Virus genome (UHGV): UHGV-0166778
Reading direction: 5' to 3' (one strand)
Length of the DNA stretch: 24,404 nt
DNA from: a virus
Shown piece by piece: positions 9,124 to 18,524 of this stretch. The position numbers and the translations under genes were made by a program. The notes beneath the pieces are model-generated. The model had not been told where the DNA came from. It saw nothing but the letters and a program-made list of their open reading frames with translations, and ran no database searches. Within the stretch, counting starts at the first letter, position 1, and the number at the start of each line of letters is the position of its first letter.

Positions 9124-9169
9124 AACCGCAGGCGGGGAAAGCCTTCATTCAAGGCTGTAGGTTTGTGCC

Positions 9170-10936
9170 ATGAACACCACACTGACACCCGCAGATCTCG
9201 ATCCCCGTCGGCAGGCCATGCTGCTGTACTTTCAGGGATACCGCGTAGCCCGCATTGCTGAAATGCTGGGCGAGAAAGTTGCAACCGTTCACAGCTGGAA
9301 AAAACGCGACAAGTGGGGTGACTATGGGCCGCTGGATCAGATGCAGCTCACCACCGCCGCACGCTACTGCCAGCTCATCATGAAGGAGCACAAAGAAGGG
9401 AAAGATTTCAAAGAGATTGACCTGCTGGCGCGCCAGTCTGAGCGCCACGCGCGGATCGGCAAGTTTAACAATGGCGGCAACGAAGCCGACTTAAACCCTA
9501 ACGTCGCCAACCGCAACAAAGGCCCGCGTCGTCAGCCGGAAAAGAACGTTTTCACTGATGAACAGATTGAGAAGCTGGAAGAAATCTTCCATTCCTCCAT
9601 GTTCAACTACCAGCGCCACTGGTGGGAAGCCGGAAAAACCAACCGCATCCGCAACCTGCTGAAGTCACGCCAGATCGGCGCGACCTTCTATTTTGCCCGT
9701 GAAGCCCTGATTGACGCCCTGCTTACCGGACGTAACCAGATTTTCCTTTCTGCCAGTAAGGCTCAGGCCCACGTCTTTAAACAATACATCATCGACTTCG
9801 CCAAAGAAGTCGAGGTGGAGCTAAAAGGCGATCCGATGGTGCTTCCTAACGGAGCCACGCTTTACTTCCTCGGCACCAATGCCCGCACGGCCCAGAGTTA
9901 TCACGGCAACCTGTATCTGGATGAATATTTCTGGATACCGAAATTCCAGGAGCTGCGCAAAGTGGCTTCCGGGATGGCTATTCACAAAAAATGGCGACAA
10001 ACCTATTTTTCCACGCCATCCAGCCTGACCCACAGTGCTTATCCGTTCTGGTCCGGTGCGCTGTTCAACCGTGGACGCAACAAAGCTGACAAGGTGGACA
10101 TCGACCTGTCCCACAGCAATCTGGCCCCCGGCCTGCTGTGCGCAGACGGGCAATACCGCCAGATAGTCACCGTGGAAGATGCGGTGCGCGGCGGCTGTAA
10201 CCTGTTCGACCTCGACCAGCTACGCATGGAGTACAGCCCGGACGAATACCAGAACCTGCTGATGTGCGAGTTCGTGGACGATCTCGCGTCCGTGTTCCCG
10301 CTCAGCGAACTGCAGGCGTGCATGGTGGACAGCTGGGAAGTCTGGACCGACTTTCATGCACTGGCCCTGCGCCCGTTTGGCTGGCGCGAAGTGTGGATCG
10401 GTTATGACCCGGCAAAAGGTACGCAGAACGGCGACAGTGCCGGATGCGTGGTGGTGGCTCCGCCAGCCGTGCCGGGTGGTAAGTTCCGCATTCTTGAGCG
10501 TCACCAGTGGCGCGGGATGGACTTCCGCGCCCAGGCTGACGCCATCAAAAAACTCACCGAACAGTACAACGTGACCTATATCGGTATCGACTCAACCGGC
10601 GTTGGTCACGGGGTTTATGAGAACGTGAAAGCATTCTTTCCTGCCGTCCGGGAGTTTGTCTACAACCCCAATGTTAAAAACGCCCTGGTACTCAAGGCCT
10701 ACGACATTATCAGCCACCGCCGTCTGGAGTTTGACGCCGGGCACATCGACATTGCGCAGTCATTCATGGCAATCCGTCGCGCCACCACCGCCAGCGGCAA
10801 CCGCCCGACCTATGAAGCCAGCCGCAGCGAAGAAGCCAGCCACGCCGATCTGGCCTGGGCAACGATGCACGCACTGTTTAACGAACCGCTGCAGGGCGAA
10901 TCCGCCAATACCAGCAATATTGTGGAGATTTTTTGA
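9170..10936 (+). CDS. P: Terminase ATPase (large) subunit (P2 gpP-like)
   Basis: 588-aa ORF MNTTLTPADLDPRRQAMLLYFQGYRVARIAEMLGEKVATVHSWKKRDKW..., P2 gpP-like in length and N-terminus. Confidence 0.9.
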   Translation: MNTTLTPADLDPRRQAMLLYFQGYRVARIAEMLGEKVATVHSWKKRDKWGDYGPLDQMQLTTAARYCQLIMKEHKEGKDFKEIDLLARQSERHARIGKFNNGGNEADLNPNVANRNKGPRRQPEKNVFTDEQIEKLEEIFHSSMFNYQRHWWEAGKTNRIRNLLKSRQIGATFYFAREALIDALLTGRNQIFLSASKAQAHVFKQYIIDFAKEVEVELKGDPMVLPNGATLYFLGTNARTAQSYHGNLYLDEYFWIPKFQELRKVASGMAIHKKWRQTYFSTPSSLTHSAYPFWSGALFNRGRNKADKVDIDLSHSNLAPGLLCADGQYRQIVTVEDAVRGGCNLFDLDQLRMEYSPDEYQNLLMCEFVDDLASVFPLSELQACMVDSWEVWTDFHALALRPFGWREVWIGYDPAKGTQNGDSAGCVVVAPPAVPGGKFRILERHQWRGMDFRAQADAIKKLTEQYNVTYIGIDSTGVGHGVYENVKAFFPAVREFVYNPNVKNALVLKAYDIISHRRLEFDAGHIDIAQSFMAIRRATTASGNRPTYEASRSEEASHADLAWATMHALFNEPLQGESANTSNIVEIF

Positions 10937-11964
10937 TGGGAAAGAGTAAGAAAAACCGCGCTGCGGCGACGAATCAGCTCAAGCATAAAAGCCAGACTTC
11001 AGCCGAAGCATTCAGCTTTGGCGATCCCGTTCCTGTTCTGGACCGCCGTGAACTGCTGGACTATGTGGAATGCGTACAGATGGACCGCTGGTATGAGCCG
11101 CCCGTCAGCTTTGACGGACTGGCACGAACCTTCCGCGCTGCCGTGCATCACAGCTCACCGATTGCAGTAAAATGCAACATTCTGACCAGTACCTACATCC
11201 CTCACCCGCAGCTCAGCCAGCAGGCTTTTTCACGTTTTGTGCAGGACTATCTGGTATTTGGTAACGCCTACCTGGAGAAACGCACGAACCGCTTCGGTGA
11301 AGTTATCGCCCTTGAGCCTGCTCTGGCAAAATACACCCGACGCGGGTTAGACCTGGATACCTACTGGTTTGTGCAATACGGTATGACAACCCAGCCGTAT
11401 CAGTTCACGAAAGGCAGCATTTTTCATCTGATGGAACCGGACATTAACCAGGAGATCTACGGCCTGCCCGGCTATCTTTCTGCCATTCCGTCCGCCCTGC
11501 TCAATGAGTCCGCCACGCTGTTCCGCCGCAAGTATTACATTAACGGTAGTCATGCAGGCTTCATCATGTACATGACCGATGCTGCGCAGAACCAGGAGGA
11601 CGTGAACAACCTCCGCAATGCAATGAAAAGTGCCAAAGGTCCGGGTAACTTCCGCAACCTGTTTATGTACTCGCCTAACGGCAAAAAGGACGGCCTTCAG
11701 ATCATCCCTTTGTCAGAAGTTGCGGCGAAGGATGAGTTTCTAAATATCAAGAACGTGAGCCGGGATGACATGATGGCAGCACATCGCGTTCCGCCACAGA
11801 TGATGGGGATTATGCCGAATAATGTTGGGGGGTTTGGGGATGTGGAGAAGGCTAGTAAAGTATTTGTTCGTAATGAGTTATTACCGTTGCAAAAAAGATT
11901 ACAGGAAATAAACATATGGCTAGATGAGGAAATAGTAACATTCGATAGTTATCAGCTTACTTGA
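10933..11964 (+). CDS. Q: Portal protein (P2 gpQ-like)
   Basis: 343-aa ORF overlapping the P stop (ATGA). Confidence 0.9.
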   Translation: MMGKSKKNRAAATNQLKHKSQTSAEAFSFGDPVPVLDRRELLDYVECVQMDRWYEPPVSFDGLARTFRAAVHHSSPIAVKCNILTSTYIPHPQLSQQAFSRFVQDYLVFGNAYLEKRTNRFGEVIALEPALAKYTRRGLDLDTYWFVQYGMTTQPYQFTKGSIFHLMEPDINQEIYGLPGYLSAIPSALLNESATLFRRKYYINGSHAGFIMYMTDAAQNQEDVNNLRNAMKSAKGPGNFRNLFMYSPNGKKDGLQIIPLSEVAAKDEFLNIKNVSRDDMMAAHRVPPQMMGIMPNNVGGFGDVEKASKVFVRNELLPLQKRLQEINIWLDEEIVTFDSYQLT

Positions 11965-11970
11965 AAAAAC

Positions 11971-11998
11971 GGAGTCAGATATTCTGACTCCTTATTTC
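11971..11998. terminator. Bidirectional rho-independent terminator between convergent Q and the TM-TIR gene
   Basis: Stem ggagtcag / ctgactcc with a 5-nt loop, flanked by an A-run on one side and a T-rich tract on the other. Confidence 0.5.
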
Positions 11999-12599
11999 AA
12001 CCAAGAATGGACTTCAATGACAAATTGAGCTTATCAATTAATTTTTCATCCTCATAGTTTACAGACTTGATGTTTTTGAGCATCGCAGGCAATTCAGCAT
12101 CACCAATTATCACAGGAATTATAGGAACATAGTTTTCATCTTTTACCGTAGCTTTACGGAGAAAGCCCTCTACCTCCTTTCTTATATATGACTCCATATC
12201 TTCATTAGACAGAAGCAATATAGCCGCAGCGCTATTGTCTATAGCCTGATTAATTTGCTTTTCAATAATCTGCCCGGGCAATATGTTATTTTCATCAAAC
12301 CATACATCAAAACCTAACTCATTAAGCTTACAAGTTATTTGACGGGCCTTATCTTTTTCTTGTACGGGATACATTAGAAATATTTGCTTTCCTTTTTTAA
12401 CGGCCTTTAGTCTTCTTTCCCTTAATTTCATTAACACAATCAAACTCAGGCCAGAATAGGCAAAAGATAATCCAATAACGGAGATGATAATCTCATCATT
12501 AACTCCTTGAAATAAATATGGGAGCCGTGGAATAAGAGCCATAAGAAACCCAACAACAGCCAATGCAATTGAAATAATATAAAGAGTATTTTTTTTCAT
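11997..12599 (-). CDS. Membrane-anchored TIR-like domain protein (two N-terminal TM helices plus C-terminal TIR-like fold)
   Basis: 200 aa. N-terminal hydrophobic helices (LYIISIALAVVGFLMALIP; IIISVIGLSFAYSGLSLIVLM), then IFLMYPVQEKDKARQITCKLNELGFDVWFDENNILPGQ...AIDNSAAAILLLSNEDMESYIRKEVEGF, which follows the TIR beta-A / alpha-A / beta-C pattern. AT-rich, unlike the flanking phage core. Confidence 0.6.
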   Translation of the reverse strand: MKKNTLYIISIALAVVGFLMALIPRLPYLFQGVNDEIIISVIGLSFAYSGLSLIVLMKLRERRLKAVKKGKQIFLMYPVQEKDKARQITCKLNELGFDVWFDENNILPGQIIEKQINQAIDNSAAAILLLSNEDMESYIRKEVEGFLRKATVKDENYVPIIPVIIGDAELPAMLKNIKSVNYEDEKLIDKLNLSLKSILG

Positions 12600-13016
12600 T
12601 TACACACCCTTAATCCACAAAACAAAGGAAGCAAAAAATAATATGCCGACTAAATTACACCCAATACATAAAACCCAAATTTGACCTTTTGGATTTCCTG
12701 TTCGCCCTTCCCAATCTTGATGAAAAGACATGATCCCCAGTAATACAAAAAGAGAGAAGGCAAGAAAGCTAGTAGTTCCAATGTACTGATTAACCACTTG
12801 GTTAACCGTGGTTACTGTTTGAACAGTTTTAGTCAAATCATATAAATTCAACAATGATGCACCAATTGTCGATAATATCAACTCATTCCCAAAGTAAAAA
12901 TCACTCTTTTGCCAACCAGAGGATCTGGCAAGTTTTTTTACAAAAGCCCCACATAGAATCATCAACAATGGAAAAATTAAAGCAACAACGTATTTATTAC
13001 CAATGACATCAATCAT
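12600..13016 (-). CDS. Small polytopic membrane protein, function unknown; first gene of an operon with the TM-TIR gene
   Basis: 138 aa with about four hydrophobic helices; its stop codon directly abuts the ATG of the TM-TIR gene; AT-rich. Confidence 0.55.
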   Translation of the reverse strand: MIDVIGNKYVVALIFPLLMILCGAFVKKLARSSGWQKSDFYFGNELILSTIGASLLNLYDLTKTVQTVTTVNQVVNQYIGTTSFLAFSLFVLLGIMSFHQDWEGRTGNPKGQIWVLCIGCNLVGILFFASFVLWIKGV

Positions 13017-13206
13017 TAATCATCATTCCTTCAATAAATCGCATCATGCCTTTTTGTTTTTAGCTTCATCCACAACCAGTCACCATCGACATCAATATAT
13101 CACATACTAAATATATAATAATTTTATCGAACTATACAAAGCAACCAAGAGTAAAAATAACATACTCTGCCTTACATTCGAAAGGACATTATCATCCCAA
13201 CGCGCG

Positions 13207-13225
13207 CTCGTATCCCCGCCACGCC
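13207..13225 (-). other. Candidate cos (cohesive end) core
   Basis: Reverse complement reads GGCGTGGCGGGGATACGAG; the first 13 nt match the P2/186 cos overhang as I recall it (GGCG[A/T]GGCGGGGAAAGCA). An isolated GC-rich block in an AT-rich intergenic region, at the map position expected for cos. Confidence 0.3.
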
Positions 13226-13270
13226 TGCCCGCTTTATGTAGTAGTTTTCATGCAGGTGCATGATCTACGC

Positions 13271-13294
13271 AAAAGCCCGCCAGTTCTGGCGGGC
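13271..13294 (-). terminator. Rho-independent terminator downstream of the 13343..14185 gene
   Basis: Stem gcccgcc / ggcgggc with a short loop; on the minus strand it is followed by TTTT. Confidence 0.4.
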
Positions 13295-13342
13295 CTTAGC
13301 AAAAACGATCCTCAAACGATCATGCGATCTCATGCAGCATAG

Positions 13343-14185
13343 TCATGCACGATCATTTGACTCAGCATCTGCTGCACGCTTGCTGCGCGAAGATGCACTT
13401 TTACTACCAATCTTTCGACAGTTCTTTCTATCCCTGGCTTCATTTTCTTTAAATTTGTTATATGTCTCAGTATCAAAAAACGAAATTGTTTCAACCTCAT
13501 CTTTTGGTATGAGCACACGGAAATCTTCGATATTAAGCCGAGACATTCCACTTATCACACCACTATCAAGATAATGTTGGTGATAGTTAGTCGTGATACT
13601 AATCGTTAGATCATCTTTATCCCGATATCCGCTTAACATCGGGAGAAGTTCAAGGTGTTCTGAAAGCCCGTTTTCTAACGCCGGACAAGTAACAAGACCA
13701 ACATAGATTTTGCGAGACGACAGAGTTGCTATGATCGGAAACTGTCTTGCGGACGCTTCCATGAGTAATGATTCGAAAGCGTTATTACCCACAGCTTTAG
13801 CTAAGGCATCCCAGCGACGATCTCCACGTGATGTGCGTAACTTATTTCCAAAACCTGAAATCGCAGCGAGGACAATTGAAATCATAACCCATGCTATCTG
13901 TTTGATTTCATTTATTCTTTGAAGTTTGTCTTTCGATGAAGACAACATGCCGTTAAAACTGTCAGGTGTTAGATTCAAGGCATTAGCCAGCCAACGAAAC
14001 CCTCCGCTGACGTTCAAAATAAAGGTGAAAAAACCGCCAAGGAGAAAAAAAACGATACCCCAGGCAGCCACAAAAAAATAAGCGTCCCAGCCGTTGGAAC
14101 GCTTATATCGGTATCTTGTTGAAAGTGATAGGTTTACATAAATAAAACCACTAACCAAAATCACTGCTAAAAGTAATGTTGCCAT
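13343..14185 (-). CDS. Membrane-anchored protein of unknown function (N-terminal TM helices plus about 170-aa soluble domain)
   Basis: 280 aa with hydrophobic segments (LLLAVILVSGFIYV; YFFVAAWGIVFFLLGGFFTFIL; IAWVMISIVLAAISGF) and a charged Ser/Arg/Lys-rich C-terminus; AT-rich; start overlaps the stop of the upstream small gene (TAATG). Confidence 0.5.
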   Translation of the reverse strand: MATLLLAVILVSGFIYVNLSLSTRYRYKRSNGWDAYFFVAAWGIVFFLLGGFFTFILNVSGGFRWLANALNLTPDSFNGMLSSSKDKLQRINEIKQIAWVMISIVLAAISGFGNKLRTSRGDRRWDALAKAVGNNAFESLLMEASARQFPIIATLSSRKIYVGLVTCPALENGLSEHLELLPMLSGYRDKDDLTISITTNYHQHYLDSGVISGMSRLNIEDFRVLIPKDEVETISFFDTETYNKFKENEARDRKNCRKIGSKSASSRSKRAADAESNDRA

Positions 14186-14400
14186 TATCTGGTTCTATTA
14201 GTTTTCTCTTTTACAGTGCTCGTTTTGATGCCTTCAAGCTTATCCATCTGTGCCTTGATGGCATCCATTGCTCTTTTGTTAGACAAGTCTACGGACACAA
14301 AACCATCTTTACTAAGATTGAGTTTGTCCTGGTTCTCTTTAAGAACCCTTGCCAGACGTTCAACTGGGTTACCCAGGCTAAATGCGGCGATGCTTGACAT
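14185..14400 (-). CDS. Small hydrophilic protein of unknown function, translationally coupled to the downstream membrane protein
   Basis: 71-aa ORF MSSIAAFSLGNPVERLARVLKENQDKLNLSKDGF...; AT-rich cargo region. Confidence 0.45.
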   Translation of the reverse strand: MSSIAAFSLGNPVERLARVLKENQDKLNLSKDGFVSVDLSNKRAMDAIKAQMDKLEGIKTSTVKEKTNRTR

Positions 14401-14670
14401 AACTCCCCCTTTTCACATGGCGCGGAAGTCTACACTCCGACGCCTACAACCTCAACAGATTATCTTTAAAATTTAGACAACAATATCATCTGTTGATTTC
14501 GTTACTTAAACTTAAGTTCAATGCGCTCGATCATGCAAGCGGTTTCTTAAGAACTGTTAATTTCCTGGCATATATAGTGGTTAAGGTAACAAATTGACAC
14601 TAACGCCTCGCATAGCTCGTTGTTCAACCTTGCTGACGCCAGAAGCAAGTTCAGACGCCAGCAACGTTTC

Positions 14671-14904
14671 TTAATGCAGCCAGCTGTCGTCTTCCCACAC
14701 CTTCTGCATAATTTTCATTACTTGTTTCCTTTCTTCGTCCAGTTGCAGTCCGGTCAGTTCCACACCGTTAGAGCTACCTTTACGGATACGAATTACCGTT
14801 TTGGGATACAGGGGGCGCAGATTGCGGTAAAGCTCGGATTCAAAGGCGTCCAGGGTAGACTGGCTAATCTTCTGCTCTTTATCGATCATTATTTCAATGC
14901 GCAT
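14671..14904 (-). CDS. dinI: DinI-family protein
   Basis: Internal start MRIEIMIDKEQKISQSTLDAFESELYRNLRPLYPKTVIRIRKGSSNGVELTGL...VWEDDSWLH fits the DinI length and pattern (MRIE... N-terminus, acidic W-containing C-terminus); GAGGTG ribosome-binding site upstream. Confidence 0.75.
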   Translation of the reverse strand: MRIEIMIDKEQKISQSTLDAFESELYRNLRPLYPKTVIRIRKGSSNGVELTGLQLDEERKQVMKIMQKVWEDDSWLH

Positions 14905-14914
14905 AAAAGTCACC

Positions 14915-15103
14915 TCAACTGATGACATCCATTGAGCGGTTGTATTCGTGGGTTCTGATTTTTGCCATAAGTTCATCTGTCAGTTCAGAAACCCACTGCA
15001 AAGCCAGCCCCTTCTCTTCATCACTACACTCACTAGCCGCTACAAGCTTAAGAAAAAAATCAATGCGCTGGAGCTTCAAAGACTCCAAAAAATAGTCCTG
15101 CAT
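14915..15103 (-). CDS. Putative Tum-like antirepressor (small protein transcribed from the LexA-controlled promoter)
   Basis: 62-aa ORF with a GGAGGA ribosome-binding site, directly downstream of a LexA-box promoter and upstream of dinI; the position matches tum of phage 186. Confidence 0.4.
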   Translation of the reverse strand: MQDYFLESLKLQRIDFFLKLVAASECSDEEKGLALQWVSELTDELMAKIRTHEYNRSMDVIS

Positions 15104-15143
15104 CTTTCCTCCTATAACACCAAAGAAATACTGTATAAATAAC

Positions 15144-15186
15144 CACTGTTTACATTTACAGTATATAATAATCTTACTGATGTAAA
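15144..15186 (-). promoter_or_regulatory. SOS-regulated promoter: LexA box (CTGT-N8-ACAG) overlapping the -10 element
   Basis: Plus strand 15146..15161 is ctgtttacatttacag. On the minus strand, -35 TTTACA (15181..15186), a 17-bp spacer and -10 TACTGT (15158..15163) are overlapped by the LexA box. Confidence 0.6.
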
Positions 15187-15255
15187 ACGTTTTTTTACGT
15201 TCATCGGCCTGATATGCCTGGTATTATTAAGAGCACGAATTGTTAACCCGCGTAA

Positions 15256-17670
15256 TTAATACAGGTTTCGCCACTTATCATCTTCCTGCAAACGCTGGTT
15301 CCGATAGAAGATACGCAGGCCTGCTCCTGACGGAATACTGCCGCCGCGAAGCAGTAAATCGACCTCTTTCTCGCTGCCATCAAATCCCCTGGACTTCAGT
15401 TCATACACGAGCTGCTGTCGCTGATGATCTGTAATTCGCTGTTTGTAGTCTTTACGCCGTTTCGGTTTCACCAGGCGTAACCTTGCTGCCAGTTCCCGGC
15501 GCTCTTTTTTGCTCATACTGTGCAGGTAATCGTGCAACTCCTTGTCATCCATGCGGGTGATATCCGTTCTGGTATCTCCATCAGCTGATTTGTCTTTCCC
15601 TTGTTGGTACAAATTTTCAGCAAGGGGACAGTTATTGCCACGAGTCCAAGGGGCGCAAGCGCCCTGGTCGGCTGCCGCCTCCTGAACGTCAACGGCCTTA
15701 CGAACCATTTTCCACTTCACTGCATGAGTGCAGATCTTGCCCTCTGCAATGGGTGACCAGATGCCATAAATACGAATACCGTGATCGCCATAGGCGGTCG
15801 GCTCTTCGTTGATTTCATAAGCGGTTCTGATGAGGTGATATTTGCGGGGAACCAGTACGCCGCCCTGCTTCATGATGTAGGAGGCAAAACAACCAGCATC
15901 AGCAGCAGCCAGGATGGCATCAAGGCGCGGGTTATCCAGTACCGGCGCACCTGCTTTTTTGTCACCCTGTTGCCTTGCCGCCTGACCAGCCAGCAATCGC
16001 AGTTCACGGTAAGCCTGACGCCCCGGAATGCCAAAGAAGCGGAATTGCTGAACACGATGCAGAGACGCCCAGGCATTAACGTATTCAGCGTTATCACGCA
16101 GGGATTTACCCGTTTCCTTACTGATCTCGCCAGCCAGACCACGCCCGTCAATATTCTTACTGATATATTTCGCAATGTAGCTTGTCGGCGTTCCTTTGCG
16201 CGGGTTTATCAGCTCAGACTTAAAGCGTGGCCCCGTGTTATTGCCCAGCTCCTCGCGGTCTTCACGGATGGCAAACTTACGCAACAATGCAGTAATGGCG
16301 CGGCGGTCTTTTTTGCGCATGAAACACAACAGGTGCCAGTGAACTGTGCCGTCATGATGCGGCTCAGCCACCCGCACGCCATACCAGCGCAACCCGGCTT
16401 TGTGCATAGCCTTACGAAATGCAGCAAACATGCCGACCAGATAATCGCTGCTTTGTCTTACTGTCGCGTTGGTCCAGGTCGGGTTTGGCCTGCCGTTATT
16501 TAGCGTGGAATGGAAACGTGACGGACAGGTGATGGTGTAGAAAACGGCGCAGTCACCACGCATTTCCGCGATAAGCTCCAGGCCTTTAACACAGGCCATC
16601 ATCTCGTTGCGGCGATGCGCCGGGTTGCTGCTGCTGGCGTTTACCACATCCTCCATGTTCAGCGTGTCGCCGTCTTCGTTCACCAGTTCATGAGAACGGA
16701 AAAACTCCAGCGACTTACGGCGCTGCTCACGTTTATGCATCACGGCTTCATAGCTGACATAGGGAGATGCTTTTTTGCTGACCAGGCAGACAGCACGCAA
16801 CTGCTCTTCCCGCCATTCGCAACGCATCTTCCATAATTTCCGATACCACCAGTCGGCGCACAGCATACGCGCCAGCGAACCCGGAATGAGTTCATAAGGC
16901 ACAGGTTTGCGGCGGTTTCTTTTCCGGCGGAGTTGCTCAAACGCTGGCGGTATGACATCCAGTCGCAGGGTTTCTGCAGCCACCTTTTCCCATGTCTTGC
17001 GGATTTCTTCTGGCTTAACATCATCGGAGGCGTACAAATCACCACAAGCGGCATCAAGACACATGCTCATATGCGCAGCGACAAGGGTAGACAGGCGTTT
17101 CACCTGATCCTGACTCATTTCAGGCAGGATCATCAGACCGTCCAGCCCTTCATGGCTTGCCATAAAACGAAAAGATGCAGATAGCTGGCTGTCGCGTACA
17201 TGCTCCAGTCGTTCCAGACATGGCTTAATCGTCTCACGCAAATAGCGGGAATAAGCCTTTGGCCTGCCCAGGCTGCTGAAATATTCAATACGTTGCATCA
17301 GCGGCTTGCTGATATGGGAAGGCTGGGCGTTGACGTCAGTCAGAATGACCATGTCTGGATTAAAACGCTGCTGCTCATGCGCCATCTTTGCCCGGCTAAT
17401 GAGCTTATCCTGCTCCATTTCGCGTTGGACAGGATCACGGGATTCATTAAAGAAATAACGCTCCCAGACCTGATCACTCAGTGCCTCGCGGCGCAGTTGT
17501 TCCTGCTCGTTATCAGTAGCGTACAGAGTGATCAGGTTTGAAAGCGCAGAAACCGGCGCAACTTCCGCCGGGTCCAGATAAGGGTTAATGGCCTTTTTCG
17601 GGCTGTTCCATGAGAACGATGCGGCAGCTTCGTTAAAGCTGCAGCAGTTGTTCATATCGGCATGACTCAT
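15256..17670 (-). CDS. A: Replication initiation endonuclease (P2/186 gpA-like)
   Basis: 804-aa ORF in the conserved early-operon position; size and position match gpA. Confidence 0.85.
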   Translation of the reverse strand: MSHADMNNCCSFNEAAASFSWNSPKKAINPYLDPAEVAPVSALSNLITLYATDNEQEQLRREALSDQVWERYFFNESRDPVQREMEQDKLISRAKMAHEQQRFNPDMVILTDVNAQPSHISKPLMQRIEYFSSLGRPKAYSRYLRETIKPCLERLEHVRDSQLSASFRFMASHEGLDGLMILPEMSQDQVKRLSTLVAAHMSMCLDAACGDLYASDDVKPEEIRKTWEKVAAETLRLDVIPPAFEQLRRKRNRRKPVPYELIPGSLARMLCADWWYRKLWKMRCEWREEQLRAVCLVSKKASPYVSYEAVMHKREQRRKSLEFFRSHELVNEDGDTLNMEDVVNASSSNPAHRRNEMMACVKGLELIAEMRGDCAVFYTITCPSRFHSTLNNGRPNPTWTNATVRQSSDYLVGMFAAFRKAMHKAGLRWYGVRVAEPHHDGTVHWHLLCFMRKKDRRAITALLRKFAIREDREELGNNTGPRFKSELINPRKGTPTSYIAKYISKNIDGRGLAGEISKETGKSLRDNAEYVNAWASLHRVQQFRFFGIPGRQAYRELRLLAGQAARQQGDKKAGAPVLDNPRLDAILAAADAGCFASYIMKQGGVLVPRKYHLIRTAYEINEEPTAYGDHGIRIYGIWSPIAEGKICTHAVKWKMVRKAVDVQEAAADQGACAPWTRGNNCPLAENLYQQGKDKSADGDTRTDITRMDDKELHDYLHSMSKKERRELAARLRLVKPKRRKDYKQRITDHQRQQLVYELKSRGFDGSEKEVDLLLRGGSIPSGAGLRIFYRNQRLQEDDKWRNLY

Positions 17671-18524
17671 GCACGTACTCCGTACACGGCAGAACTATCC
17701 ACGCCACGCGAATAATCAAATCCCACCCAGCAGCGCGGCCCGGAAACAGCAATGATTTCTGTTGCTGATTTACCCTCGCCAGCTGCCACACCGATGCTGC
17801 GTTTTGCCTTGATGTAGTGGTGAGTAAAATTGCGATACAGCGAACGGATCAGGGATGTGTCACTGTTAGAAACAATGACCGGATGTCCTTCTGATGACCG
17901 ATGTTCAAGAACAGATGCCAGGTGATACTGGTCATCTTCAGTGAAGCCGTCAGTGTGATAGCCGGAAAACGTACCGTCATACGGCGGATCGCAATACACC
18001 ACATCCCCCGCCTTCAACATCGCCAGCGTTTCATCAAAGCTGGCGCAGATAAACGTTGCTCGCTGGGCCTTTTCTGCAAATGCGCGAATTTCTTTTTCAG
18101 GGAAATACGGATTTTTATAATTACCGTAGGGAATGTTGAAATGCCCGCTCTTGTTATAGCGACATAAACCACGGTAACCGTGACGATTGAGATACAGGAA
18201 ATATACCGCTTTCATGAAATCAGTAATTTCAGTTGAGTAATTAAACTCCTGCCTTATGTTGTAATAAGCCACCTCCCTGTTTGCGATCTCAAATAAAACT
18301 CTGGCGCGAGATATAAACGATTCACAATCAGCGGCAACCTTTTTATAGAGGTTGATTAAATCAGGATTAATATCCGCAACCAGATAGCTGGGATAATCCG
18401 TCTCCATCATCACAGCACAGGAACCCGCGAAAGGTTCAACCAGTCGCGGGCCAGCAGGAAGATGTTTTTTCAGTTCGGACATTATGGCTGTTTTATTTCC
18501 CGCCCATTTCAGGATGGTGCTCAT
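17667..18524 (-). CDS. dam: DNA adenine (N6) methyltransferase, Dam / D12 class
   Basis: Contains [12 protein letters not shown] (AdoMet motif) and DPPY (catalytic motif). Start taken at MSTILKW, overlapping the upstream stop, rather than at the longer ORF start at 18584. Confidence 0.85.
   Translation of the reverse strand: MSTILKWAGNKTAIMSELKKHLPAGPRLVEPFAGSCAVMMETDYPSYLVADINPDLINLYKKVAADCESFISRARVLFEIANREVAYYNIRQEFNYSTEITDFMKAVYFLYLNRHGYRGLCRYNKSGHFNIPYGNYKNPYFPEKEIRAFAEKAQRATFICASFDETLAMLKAGDVVYCDPPYDGTFSGYHTDGFTEDDQYHLASVLEHRSSEGHPVIVSNSDTSLIRSLYRNFTHHYIKAKRSIGVAAGEGKSATEIIAVSGPRCWVGFDYSRGVDSSAVYGVRA

Noticed and set aside
9128-9142. GGCGGGGAAAGC, a partial match to the P2/186 cos overhang, in the O-P divergent promoter region
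   Set aside because: In P2-family genomes cos lies beyond Q, not between O and P; the match covers only the 3' portion and is more likely chance GC-rich promoter sequence. The 13207..13225 candidate fits the map position better.
13260-13574. Plus-strand ORF 13260..13574 spanning the terminator and the 3' end of the 13343..14185 gene
   Set aside because: It crosses the terminator hairpin and a base-composition shift and is antisense to a better-supported gene; likely spurious.
15781-17541. Plus-strand ORFs inside replication gene A (for example 15781..16503, 17200..17541)
   Set aside because: Antisense to the 804-aa A reading frame; no support.
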